This document shows, piece after piece, positions 28,437 through 37,676 of a stretch of 64,000 bases of DNA. The first letter of the stretch is position 1. Each line of letters starts with the position of its first letter. The translations under genes and the position numbers were made by a program. The stretch is from Armatimonadia bacterium (GTDB taxonomy: Bacteria; Armatimonadota; Zipacnadia; Zipacnadales; UBA11051), in the NCBI GenBank assembly GCA_039683575.1, contig JBDKRC010000235.1, forward strand, positions 1 through 64,000, written 5' to 3'. Under the pieces are notes generated by a model that was not told the origin of the DNA, made no database searches, and was given only the letters and a program-made list of their open reading frames with translations.

Positions 28437-29667
28437 GCCGCAGGTGGCGGTAGACGCCTCGGAGGAGCGGAAGCGGAGGGCGGAGGAGCGGCTCGTCGCC
28501 GCCTCCAAGATCCGCTGGACACCGAGGGAGCTATCCGAACGTATGGCCGCACAGGTGGTGGGCCAGCAGGACGCCCTCCGCACGATCTCGGTGGCCGCCA
28601 TACAGCACGTGGCCGCACGGGTGCGGAGGATCGCCAGTACGATGCCCCCCGTGCAGCCCACGCGGATTGATCCCATCCTTTGCATCGGGGGCCCCGGAAC
28701 AGGGAAGATGCTGACATGTAAGGTGTTGGGGCTGCAGTTGGGAATCCCGTACCACATCGCCGACGCGGGCCGCATCACCGCCGAGGGGTGGCAGGGCCTC
28801 GGACTGTCGGAGGTGCTTCACCCCCTGCTGACGCAGGCGGCCGGGTACATGGACTACGCCCGCTGCGGGGCGGTCTGCCTCGATGAGATCGACAAACTCA
28901 GGAGGGCAGACATGACCTCACATGGCGGCCGTGATATCTCGGGGGGCGATGCCCAGAACGTCCTCCTGAAGCTGCTCAACGGAGACGTGGTGCAGTTCGA
29001 GGTGTTCGGCGGCCCCAACGGGACCGGCCGGACCATGATCACGTTCCCGACGGATCACCTGCTCGTGATGGCGGCGGGGGCGTTCGAGGGGCTGGAATCC
29101 GTGGTGCTGGATCGCCTCCGGGGTCGCCGGCGGATGGGCTTCGGCGGCGACGATCGCAGGCCGGACGAACTCTCACCGTCGGAGTTGCGGCGGATGGTGA
29201 CCCGCGAGGACCTGCAGACCTACGGTCTCAGGCGGGAGATCTGCTCGAGGTTCGGCCGCATCGTCGTCTTCGACGACCTCGATCGGCGAGCCCTGCGGAG
29301 GATTCTGCTGGAGACGCCGGAGGGGCCATTCTCCACCGTACAGGCACTGGCCAGGTCGCAGGGCTTCCGATTCGATGACTTCCCTCCCGCCCTGATCGAG
29401 GCCATCCTCGACCGCTGCGGCGGTGATGCACGGCGGCTCGCGGGACTCGTGTCACAGGCGACGGAGGCGGCGTTCTACTGCGTACCCGACAGGATCAGGG
29501 CGATGGGCCGCCGGGCGACCGACGGTGAGGTGGTGGTGGGCCTACGGTCGGATAGCCTCGACAACGGCTATCATACGGTCAGGGTCGAACAGCCGGTGGG
29601 CGTGGACGATGACGAGGACGTCGCCCTTCCGCAGCCCCGCCGGGCCCGAACCGCGAGGGGCGGGTGA
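28420..29667 (+). CDS. Divergent ClpX-like AAA+ ATPase without the N-terminal zinc finger
   Basis: VVGQQDA, GGPGTGKM, DAGRITAEGWQG, CLDEIDKL, GRDISGGDAQNVLLKLL, AGAFEGL, RMGF, DLQTYGL align in order with ClpX motifs. Confidence 0.85.
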   Translation: MRKSDEPQVAVDASEERKRRAEERLVAASKIRWTPRELSERMAAQVVGQQDALRTISVAAIQHVAARVRRIASTMPPVQPTRIDPILCIGGPGTGKMLTCKVLGLQLGIPYHIADAGRITAEGWQGLGLSEVLHPLLTQAAGYMDYARCGAVCLDEIDKLRRADMTSHGGRDISGGDAQNVLLKLLNGDVVQFEVFGGPNGTGRTMITFPTDHLLVMAAGAFEGLESVVLDRLRGRRRMGFGGDDRRPDELSPSELRRMVTREDLQTYGLRREICSRFGRIVVFDDLDRRALRRILLETPEGPFSTVQALARSQGFRFDDFPPALIEAILDRCGGDARRLAGLVSQATEAAFYCVPDRIRAMGRRATDGEVVVGLRSDSLDNGYHTVRVEQPVGVDDDEDVALPQPRRARTARGG

Positions 29668-29922
29668 TCCGTCCCGTCCGCGTTGGGACGTGGTCGGGTG
29701 TCGCTGATTCGGAGCTGGCCAGCAGGGCATCGCAGGTCCCGCTGAGGTAGCGTTACAGAGATGATCCGGGCACCCCGCGCCGACGTGGGTACGGACTGGG
29801 GAGGCCGTTGCATACGACGTCCAATCCCACATGAGACTTTCGCCTTGGGCCCGGGCATCGTATGATAGACCGCGGCAATGGACCCAAAGCCGATTGCCAG
29901 CAACTGGAGGAGGTACCCGCAG

Positions 29923-30717
29923 ATGCCGAACCGACCATCCGAGGGCGAGCCATCGACAGCACGAGCCGTTCCCGTGCAGGGCCTGGAGGCTTGCCCCGAC
30001 CGGAGACGTGCCGTCGCATACCACGAGGCGGGGCATGCGGTGATGGACTGCCTGAGAGGGCGCAGCTTCAGGTGGGTGAGCATCGTCCGCACGGACGCCT
30101 ACGCCGGACAGGTTCAGGGGTACGACCTCCCCAAGTGGTTCGAGCCTGACATGGCCTCCGGCCCGGAGTATGACGAGGTGATCGAGACCCTCGTGCTGGG
30201 TCTGCTGGCGGGCGGTGTCGTCGAGGAGGAATACATAGGGATACGGCCCGAGCCATGGTCAGTGCAGAGCGACCTGGAGAAGGCGGTGACGCTCGCCGAG
30301 TGCCTCAGTGGCAGCATCGAGGACACCGAGAACTATTTGGACGAGATGAGGGAACGGGCACGAACGCTCCTACGGGAACACTGGACCGCGGTTGAGACCC
30401 TGGCGACCGCACTCCTGCAGCGCCCGAAGATGAACGGCAGTGCGGCATGCCAGATCATCGAGGCGGCACTGCCAGCGGCGGCGAAGGAGGAGGCCGCACG
30501 ACGCCGTAGGGTATGGGGACGGATCGCTCAGCGAATGGGCAAGGACAGGGCGATCGAGGAGCGTTCCCAAAGGGCGCGGAGGCACTCTGCCTTGGAGAAC
30601 GAACTCCTGAAGGTGCTGAATGAGCACCTCCGCGACCACCCCATGGAGCGGGACGACGTGCTGGCCGTGCTGTGGCATATGGGAGGGCGCGTGCGGGAGG
30701 CGTACAGGTCGGCCTGA
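29923..30717 (+). CDS. Stand-alone peptidase M41 (FtsH protease domain)-like protein
   Basis: RRRAVAYHEAGHAV, LLAGGVVEE, SDLEKA, ARTLLREHW.AVE.LA.ALL. Start uncertain (29878 or 29923). Confidence 0.8.
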   Translation: MPNRPSEGEPSTARAVPVQGLEACPDRRRAVAYHEAGHAVMDCLRGRSFRWVSIVRTDAYAGQVQGYDLPKWFEPDMASGPEYDEVIETLVLGLLAGGVVEEEYIGIRPEPWSVQSDLEKAVTLAECLSGSIEDTENYLDEMRERARTLLREHWTAVETLATALLQRPKMNGSAACQIIEAALPAAAKEEAARRRRVWGRIAQRMGKDRAIEERSQRARRHSALENELLKVLNEHLRDHPMERDDVLAVLWHMGGRVREAYRSA

Positions 30718-30879
30718 CGGGCGCCTGGCGTCATAGGGTTCCGCTCGTTCACGGCGTCTCATCTCATAATCTCATCGGCGAGGCGGATGAAATGCAGGGC
30801 CGTTATCCGTCCCACGTGGTCGGACCGCGGCCTTTCCACGGGCCCATGGCCGTACGGTGGTGGGGGTGGTGAGGCAGCC

Positions 30880-31149
30880 TCACACCGAGGCCACGTCACC
30901 ATCGAGGCGCCATCCCCTCAGACCGACAGTGAGGCCCCCGTCGTCGGGATTCCCACTGTCGTAGGCGTCGAGGAACAACGTTCCGAGCGGACCATCGGTG
31001 TCGCCGAAGCGCACCGACGCCGCCTCCCCATCCGCCAGGGCCTCCACGGCCCTCACGTCGTCGGGTTCCGGTGCCAAGTTCGGGAACAACTCCAGCAGAC
31101 CGCCGCGGCGGGCCGCGGCAAGCACCTGCTGCAGGGCATTGTCTACCAT
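30880..31149 (-). CDS. Hypothetical protein
   Basis: GGAG RBS, MVDNALQQVL... Confidence 0.45.
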   Translation of the reverse strand: MVDNALQQVLAAARRGGLLELFPNLAPEPDDVRAVEALADGEAASVRFGDTDGPLGTLFLDAYDSGNPDDGGLTVGLRGWRLDGDVASV

Positions 31150-31489
31150 CGGTCGTCTCCAGTGCTCGTATCCGCGGTGGGCACGGCGGGCGGTCGTCAC
31201 CCCGGTGTGGCCGAGGGGCTGATCAGGGCGCGCCGCATACCTTTCCTGTTCGCCGCGACGTCACGTTGTCCTCCGTCCGTCCAACCCGGCCGGGCATCCG
31301 ATGAGGAGCACCCAACTCTCCCGCGATGCCGGACGATCGGCTGGACGTGATGGGCCATTCATTAAGTCGAATCGATTATGGGCACGAATCTTCGCTCTAG
31401 GCGGTTGTTCAACTGCGGTGGGGACTGGGATCATCGCCACACCAGGCGGGGCCTGGAGCGCAGCCACGCTCTTGTGACGGCACATCTGA

Positions 31490-31542
31490 GCGGGGGCTCG
31501 GGGGCTGGCAGTTGAGGGCTACCCGCCAGTCCTCCGCCCCGC
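31490..31542. terminator. GC-rich imperfect hairpin, possible terminator of the leftward operon
   Basis: GCGGGG..GGGGCTGGC / GCCAGTCCT..CCCCGC, about 55 nt after the 31596 stop; no clear U-tract. Confidence 0.3.
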
Positions 31543-31595
31543 CCGTTCGCGACGATCTGGTTCCCGTCCGGCGCGCCATCAGCGGTATTCGACAC

Positions 31596-31802
31596 TCAGT
31601 TCAGCGGCCAACCTGCCATCTTCACGTCTGAACACCCGGTCGCAAGGTGACGCCCTCCTCGTCCCAGAAAGGACCTCTCCGCATCGTGGATGTCCAGGTT
31701 CACCAACGTGCTGCCATCGTCCGACACCCTGGCAGACACCCCATCCAGTTGCACCGTATCCCCGTCCTTCAGTATGAATTCGTCCCCTTCCCTGTATGCC
31801 AT
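31596..31802 (-). CDS. Small hypothetical protein
   Basis: GGAGGAG RBS, MAYREGDEFILKDGD... Confidence 0.55.
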   Translation of the reverse strand: MAYREGDEFILKDGDTVQLDGVSARVSDDGSTLVNLDIHDAERSFLGRGGRHLATGCSDVKMAGWPLN

Positions 31803-31900
31803 GTTGAACACTCCTCCAGTTGGTCCCTGTGCCTGCAGTGGCCCCGCCGCCACCCGCGATGTCCAGGCCCGTTCGGCGGTGCTCCGCCCGGCTGGGGCCA

Positions 31901-32176
31901 TCATTCGTTCGCGGTCGGGGACTCGCGCGGGGTGCCGAGTTGAACCAGATAGCCATCCTTGGGTTCGAGGACGAACTCGGCGTACTCGGCGCCGCAGCCG
32001 TCGCACCGGACGTACAGCGTCTCCTCATCCTCATGGAACACCTCCCGCATAGACCAGTCCTGAGTCGTCTCGCTGGTGTTGCTGACCGCAAACTCCACCA
32101 TGTTGCGGCATACCGCGATCAGGTCCTGCTCGCCGCAGGCGGGGCACGTATCGATGGGCTTGCTCACGTCATTCAC
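31901..32176 (-). CDS. Small zinc-ribbon protein
   Basis: CPACG...CDGCG; GGGAGA upstream of GTG. Confidence 0.55.
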   Translation of the reverse strand: MNDVSKPIDTCPACGEQDLIAVCRNMVEFAVSNTSETTQDWSMREVFHEDEETLYVRCDGCGAEYAEFVLEPKDGYLVQLGTPRESPTANE

Positions 32177-32229
32177 TCTCCCTCGCAGGTATGTGCACAG
32201 GCGGGATGACCGGTCGGCTCCCTTGAGAT

Positions 32230-34776
32230 TCAGCCAGCCACCAGCGCATCGTCGCAGCCGAATTCGCAGGCGTACTCCGGCGGATCCAGGGCGATCGCGT
32301 CGTAGCAACTTCTGTCGCCGTCCCAGTAGCCACCGCCCTCGTCGAGAGCGTTGCCCTCAAAACAGTCCACGGGATCATTCCAGTAGTCGTTCGGATCACC
32401 AAGGTAGGCATCGACGTCATGTATCCTACGTTCGTAGCAACGGCCCCAGTCGCAGAAGGTCCGCCCCACCATGGATGCGATCGGGACCTGAAGGTCCGGG
32501 CCTACCGACCCGTGGCAGATGTCATCACGACATACCGAGTCCAGCGGGCCTATCAGGCTGATCGTCACGGGGATGCGTCCGAGGGCAGAGAGCCTGGCAG
32601 GACCGCTGCTGTCGTGACTGTATCGCAGGATCGCCGCCTGCTCAGGATCTTGGTCTCCGGGTCGCTGCCCGAAGTGCCGGACGCGCTCCTGATGGTCCCG
32701 CGTGGCCATCGCCCGCAGTTCGTCGGCGATATGGTCGAGGCGGGCGTATTCGAGGACGGTGCAGACGACGCTCACGGGATGGTAGGCGTTGGGCCAGGAG
32801 TGGGCGTCGCAGTGTCGCAGTTCCTCTTCCAGGTGCTGAACCGCGCGGCGGCACACGTCGCAGACGCCTGCCGTGTCGCGCTCGTCTCCACCCCCAGGTG
32901 CAACGCCGTGAGTACGGCAGCATCCCGGAACTCTGGCAGGCCGAGTGTTCGCGGCGTCTGGGGCAGGATCCAGCAACTCGCCCTCGATCCACCATTCCAC
33001 GCTCCCATCGGCCCACTCGACGGCCGGGCCGTCCGCACGGTGGCGCCGGCCGCGCGACCACCACATTCGTGTTCCGTCGGGTGCCTCCACCGCCGGGCCA
33101 TCGTCGCGGTGCAGCCTGCCTTGGCGACACCACATCCGGGTACCGTCGGGCAGGATCGTAGCCGCGCCATCCTCGCGGTGGGCGCGCCCGTCGCTGTACC
33201 AGCGGTCGGTGCCATCCGCCGACTCGACTCTGATGAGCATGCCATCCAGGAACCACCTGTTGTACCCGTCGCCGTGTTCGATGGCTGGCCCGTCCTCGCG
33301 GTGGCGACGTCCGCGCCGGTACCACTCTCTCGTACCGTCGGGCCGCTCGATCGCGGGCCCACCCACACGGTGCCGACAGCCCTCGAGGTACCACTCCAGG
33401 GTGCCGTCCGGGCGCTGTACCGCCGGGCCATCGTCCCGGTGAAGACGCCCGTCACGATGCCAGCACTGGCTACCGTCCGGACCGTCGACCGGGCCGACGG
33501 CGGGATCACTGCAGCGAGGGCCATCCGCACGCCCAGAGCGTGGGATCCGGGCTGGTATCCGAACGACATAGACGACGACGTCGTCCTCGATTGTCTGATC
33601 CGGGTACAGGCCCTCTATGTCAACGGGGATGACTCCCAGGTCGTGCAGCCCGGCGGGCTCCTCCAGGTTGTCGGCGCGGCGGAGTCTCACCGGCGAGACC
33701 CATACGTCCGCGTCCGGGTCCGCCCAGTCGTCGCTGCATCGCCACGTCATCATGGCCAGCGTGGCCCGCGCGGCCTCGTCCTCCAGCCCCCTCGCGATCA
33801 GTACGTCGCAGACCTCGTCCAGCCTGTGGTACCCCTGCGGGCGGCCGTGGCCCTGCCAGAGGTCCGTTTCGTATACCAGGGACACGGCCGCACGTCGGCA
33901 GGCCGGGCACATCGGGTGAGCCAACTCGGCCGCTTCGCCACCGTCTGCCAAGTGCGGCGACGCTCCATGCTCCAGGTGAGGGCAGTGCGTCCTGATCCCC
34001 CCGTCAGCGGTCGGTATGCCGCGGGCGTCCGGCCCCGGTGCTGGACGTCCGTCGATCCACCGTTCGGCGTCCCCGCCCACCCGTTCCACGGCGGGGCCGT
34101 CGACGCGGTGGCGCCGACCGTGCGAGAGCCAGATCCTGGTACCGTCGGCCATCTCAATGGCCGGGCCATCATCCCGGTGAAGCACACCATCCCGGCACCA
34201 CATCCGTGTCCCATCTGCGAGTTCCACGGCGGGGCCATCCTCGCGGCCGATGATCCCATCCGGACACCAACATCGGCTGCCATCAGGCTCCAACACGGAT
34301 TGCAGGCGTCCCGCCAGAACCCACTTCCGCCCCCCATCCGGGTACTCGATGGCGGGGCCGTCGTCCCGGTGCGGCTCGCCCCCCTGGTACCAAGCGTAGT
34401 ACCCCCAGAGCGTCTCAACGGCCGGGCCATCGTCCCGATGCAGTTCCCCGTCGTGATACCATTCGCGCCCCCCGCGGGCATACTGCACTGCCGGGCCATC
34501 ATCCCGGTGGCAGACGCCATACCGGTACCACCAGGTGCTGCCGTCGGACCACTCGATGGCAGGGTGGCCTTCACGATGTGGCACCCCGCGCCAGCACCAG
34601 TAGGTCGACCCATCCCGATCGATGATGGCGGGCCCCTCCTCGCGATGGGGAAGCCCCGCCCTCAGGTGCAGTATGGAGACCGCTCCGGTCATATGATCCC
34701 CGATGTGTACCTGCTCACTTGGTGCCTCGATCACCTCGACCAAGGCGATGTTGCTGATCCGCGCGTTGCCGATCAT
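32230..34776 (-). CDS. HRxDGPA(V/I)E-repeat protein with internal duplication
   Basis: AAGGAGG RBS plus ATG 34776; two runs of W..G..HRDDGPAVE..DG repeats, each followed by a Cys/His-containing domain. Confidence 0.8.
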   Translation of the reverse strand: MIGNARISNIALVEVIEAPSEQVHIGDHMTGAVSILHLRAGLPHREEGPAIIDRDGSTYWCWRGVPHREGHPAIEWSDGSTWWYRYGVCHRDDGPAVQYARGGREWYHDGELHRDDGPAVETLWGYYAWYQGGEPHRDDGPAIEYPDGGRKWVLAGRLQSVLEPDGSRCWCPDGIIGREDGPAVELADGTRMWCRDGVLHRDDGPAIEMADGTRIWLSHGRRHRVDGPAVERVGGDAERWIDGRPAPGPDARGIPTADGGIRTHCPHLEHGASPHLADGGEAAELAHPMCPACRRAAVSLVYETDLWQGHGRPQGYHRLDEVCDVLIARGLEDEAARATLAMMTWRCSDDWADPDADVWVSPVRLRRADNLEEPAGLHDLGVIPVDIEGLYPDQTIEDDVVVYVVRIPARIPRSGRADGPRCSDPAVGPVDGPDGSQCWHRDGRLHRDDGPAVQRPDGTLEWYLEGCRHRVGGPAIERPDGTREWYRRGRRHREDGPAIEHGDGYNRWFLDGMLIRVESADGTDRWYSDGRAHREDGAATILPDGTRMWCRQGRLHRDDGPAVEAPDGTRMWWSRGRRHRADGPAVEWADGSVEWWIEGELLDPAPDAANTRPARVPGCCRTHGVAPGGGDERDTAGVCDVCRRAVQHLEEELRHCDAHSWPNAYHPVSVVCTVLEYARLDHIADELRAMATRDHQERVRHFGQRPGDQDPEQAAILRYSHDSSGPARLSALGRIPVTISLIGPLDSVCRDDICHGSVGPDLQVPIASMVGRTFCDWGRCYERRIHDVDAYLGDPNDYWNDPVDCFEGNALDEGGGYWDGDRSCYDAIALDPPEYACEFGCDDALVAG

Positions 34777-34846
34777 CCGCTCAGCCTCCTTCGCCGCCCA
34801 CCCGTGCGGCACGCCGCCGCACCTCGTATTGCCCCCACACCGAGTC

Positions 34847-36124
34847 TTATACGCATGTGCCACCGGGACATATCTTCTCATGTCCGTCGGGGGGCGGCGA
34901 CGGAATCCCATACCTGCTGCGGGCCCCATCCGACCACGGGATGTCCGCCAGCCGCTCCCGCCAGTCCCGCAGCAGGAAGTGTGCCGGGTACTCCAGGCCG
35001 AACGCATGGCTGCGCCAGGCGATCGCCTCCAGCAGGTGCCGGTGCCTGTCTGAACCTGCCGCGAGCAGCAGCAGGCTCCTCAGGCCCTCCTCGGTCTCAT
35101 CGGCGTCGCCCGTCCTGGGGCGGTAGGTGACCACGGCGGGGATACCGTGGTCGGCCAGCAACCGGACCTTCTCGGTGTCGTTGGGGACCGGCCGCGCCCG
35201 GATCCCCGCCGCGACGTTCTCCCACTCCTCCGGCGTCCGCGGCCACGGGATGCACCCCAGCAACGCCTCGATCCGGGCCGGATCAGGCTCGATCGGCCCC
35301 TCCCCATCGGGCTCGCCCACCGAGGTGGCCGCGACCGCCCTCATGTCACCGCGGTTCGTCCGCCAGACCTGACAGTTCGCCATGAAGCGTGAGCGGGCGC
35401 GTTCGTCATAGAAGATGCCGTCGAGGTCGGTCACGTTGGTGGTGATGATCGTGGCGAGCCGCCCCTGGTAGCGCTCGTCGATTAGCCTCCCCCAGTTGCG
35501 GACGGCCTCGGATGTCGGAGACTCCGTTCCGAGGTCGTCCACGACCAGCAACGGCGTCTCCAGGAGGCCGTCCCACTCCCTGCTCCTCATCCAAGCCGGC
35601 TCGAAGGTGACGGCACCGAGGCATCGAAACAAGCTGTCAGCGGCGATGAACCGGGCGTCCTCGTTGCCACTGACTCGGGCGTAGGTAACCAGGACGAGCC
35701 CGGCGATGCAGGTCTTCCCGGCCCCGACCGGGCCCACGATGACCACGTTGCGGCCGCCCCGGACGTTGCTCTCCAGCCCGGCGAGGTACGACAGGACGTC
35801 GTCCGCGATGTCGCCCGGCAGGTCTTCCAGCGTCGGGTTTCGCGAACGGACTGGTATCTGGAACCTCCCACCGTACCGTTCCATCCGGGCGCCCCAGTGT
35901 GGGCACCAGCGCGGGTTATCCAGCGGGCAGGGACGCTCGGTCGCCTCAGTTGCGGGATCCGGCGGGTCGTGTGGTCTGCTCGAGTTGGGCGGCAGACGGT
36001 ACTCACCGCGGCAGTACGCGGGATCGAAGGGTTGCTTCAGTTCGACGAACCCATCTTCCCGGGTGTAAGTGGGCCAATCGTTGAGGATCAGGGGACACAT
36101 CTGATCTGGTGCCCATGTGCTCAT
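34847..36124 (-). CDS. DnaC/IstB-like ATPase (helicase loader)
   Basis: VIVGPVGAGKT, LLVVDDLGTE, LIDERY...TIITTN, R..SRF; directly downstream of the initiator. Confidence 0.85.
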   Translation of the reverse strand: MSTWAPDQMCPLILNDWPTYTREDGFVELKQPFDPAYCRGEYRLPPNSSRPHDPPDPATEATERPCPLDNPRWCPHWGARMERYGGRFQIPVRSRNPTLEDLPGDIADDVLSYLAGLESNVRGGRNVVIVGPVGAGKTCIAGLVLVTYARVSGNEDARFIAADSLFRCLGAVTFEPAWMRSREWDGLLETPLLVVDDLGTESPTSEAVRNWGRLIDERYQGRLATIITTNVTDLDGIFYDERARSRFMANCQVWRTNRGDMRAVAATSVGEPDGEGPIEPDPARIEALLGCIPWPRTPEEWENVAAGIRARPVPNDTEKVRLLADHGIPAVVTYRPRTGDADETEEGLRSLLLLAAGSDRHRHLLEAIAWRSHAFGLEYPAHFLLRDWRERLADIPWSDGARSRYGIPSPPPDGHEKICPGGTCV

Positions 36125-36138
36125 CGGTCTTCACACTC

Positions 36139-37359
36139 CTACAGCCGATTCGCCAGTTCCCCCAGCAACTGGCGTCTCCGTCGGTTATCTTCCCTCACCT
36201 GCCGCAGGTCCTCGGCGGTCTCAGACCGCCTCGGCTCCCCGGAGGTGGTGCCGGTTCCCGGTTCGATCCGGCGATGGCCGAATCGCGTCCGGGAGTTGCG
36301 AATCACGTCCAGCACGTGTTCCCGCCCCTCGCGGAGGGCCGCGACCAGGCACGGGACGATCTTCTCCCGTAGCCCCTTATCCGTGTAATAGTCAGTGAAG
36401 ATGGTGATCATGTCCGAGGCCTCGCGGGGGGTAACGACGGAGCGGTACTTCCGGGCCAGGGAGGCGGTGAGCCCGGCCCGACGCAGCAGGTCCTCGACCT
36501 GCTGCTCATCAGCCGGGGCATCGGTGGGGGCGGGAGACGCGGAGTGGTCCCCCCGCCTGGGACCCTCGCTGCGCTCGGGCCCGCTCACGACGGCAGACGG
36601 GGATGAGGTCCTGAGGTCGTTGCTCTCAGACTCGCCGTTGTCGTTGTCGTTTCCGTCGTAGTTCGAGTCCGAACGACAGGTCAGGTCGTCATCACCGGCC
36701 GTGGACGTGACGGGGGCGGCGAAGGCCGCCGCCGGAACGTCTGATGATGATTCCTCTGATAGATTCTCTGACCTAACGTCTGAACAACGTCTGACGGAGG
36801 GCACGAAGCCCTGAGCCTGTTGGGCTGAGGGCACTTCCGTCACCCCGTTTTGGGAATCTTCCACCCCATTTCGGGAATCCGTCGCCCCGTTTTGGGAATC
36901 GATCACCCCATTTTGGGGAGCGGGATTCCCATTTTGGGAACCGAATTCCCCGTTTTGGGAAACCGGATCTCGTTGTCGGGAACCGACGGTCCGCTCGGCC
37001 GACGCCGCTGATTGGCCGTGCCAACCCTCGAAGTCGGCCACCAGCACCGACCCTCCATCGAGGGTGACCAGCCCACGGGCGGTCAGCCTGGTGAGGTCTG
37101 CGCGGACGTGATCGACGCGGATGCCGAGGTCCGCGGCGAGATCGGGCAGCGGCCGGATCACCTGCCCTGGCACCAGCCGACCGTTGCGGTCCGCCCCTCG
37201 CCAGGCATTGGCCAGCAGCGTGATGAACAGGTACCGCTGACGCCAGGTCAGCCCCGACATGCGGGCGTCATGTAGCAGGCCGGGGGTCAGCGGAAAGAAG
37301 CCGCCCCTCCTGGCGGTCTTGCGGTCATCACCGTGACTGGGGGAATCGTACGTGGGCAT
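36139..37359 (-). CDS. Replication initiator-like protein (winged-HTH N-terminus, iteron-encoded linker)
   Basis: GAGGAG RBS plus ATG 37359; GGFFPL...LFITLLANA...LAADLGI..DHVRADL..L..RGLV; SQNG heptad repeats; paired with the DnaC-like gene. Confidence 0.7.
   Translation of the reverse strand: MPTYDSPSHGDDRKTARRGGFFPLTPGLLHDARMSGLTWRQRYLFITLLANAWRGADRNGRLVPGQVIRPLPDLAADLGIRVDHVRADLTRLTARGLVTLDGGSVLVADFEGWHGQSAASAERTVGSRQRDPVSQNGEFGSQNGNPAPQNGVIDSQNGATDSRNGVEDSQNGVTEVPSAQQAQGFVPSVRRCSDVRSENLSEESSSDVPAAAFAAPVTSTAGDDDLTCRSDSNYDGNDNDNGESESNDLRTSSPSAVVSGPERSEGPRRGDHSASPAPTDAPADEQQVEDLLRRAGLTASLARKYRSVVTPREASDMITIFTDYYTDKGLREKIVPCLVAALREGREHVLDVIRNSRTRFGHRRIEPGTGTTSGEPRRSETAEDLRQVREDNRRRRQLLGELANRL
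36843..36962. repeat. Six iteron-like direct repeats, 21-bp period (candidate origin)
   Basis: Consensus CCCCRTTTTGGGAA (single-base deviations) at 36843, 36864, 36885, 36906, 36927 and 36948. Confidence 0.88.
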
Positions 37360-37676
37360 CTGGGTCTCCTCTCGTCCCCGGGGTGGCATCGCTCCTCTGG
37401 CTGTGCGGCTGGGAGAGGGGTGGAGGAGACCCGGGGGGTCGACACCCCTCTCCCGGCTGTCGCCCGCCCCCGGGGGCCTATTCCCGAGGCGTGGTGGCGA
37501 CATCCAACCATCAGTAATGGGGATCTGACCCTTCGACCTGCATCCGGCGGTCGACCAGGACGGAATCGGTCAGCTTAGCATTGGATCCGGGCACGGGAAT
37601 GGTTGCAGAAAGGTCAGTGTTGGGATGCGCTGCGTTGGAGATCGGGGGGATGGAGGGCGACTCGGAGGCGGAAGGC

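Noticed and set aside
32419-35130. 903-aa plus-strand ORF
   Set aside because: Antisense shadow of the HRxDGPA-repeat gene; no motifs; expected in high-GC DNA.
34847-36124. IS21 element (IstB)
   Set aside because: No IstA transposase or terminal inverted repeats; the upstream gene is initiator-like.
36843-36962. 21-bp-period repeats as a mini-CRISPR
   Set aside because: Spacers are only about 7 nt and the repeats lie in frame inside a CDS.
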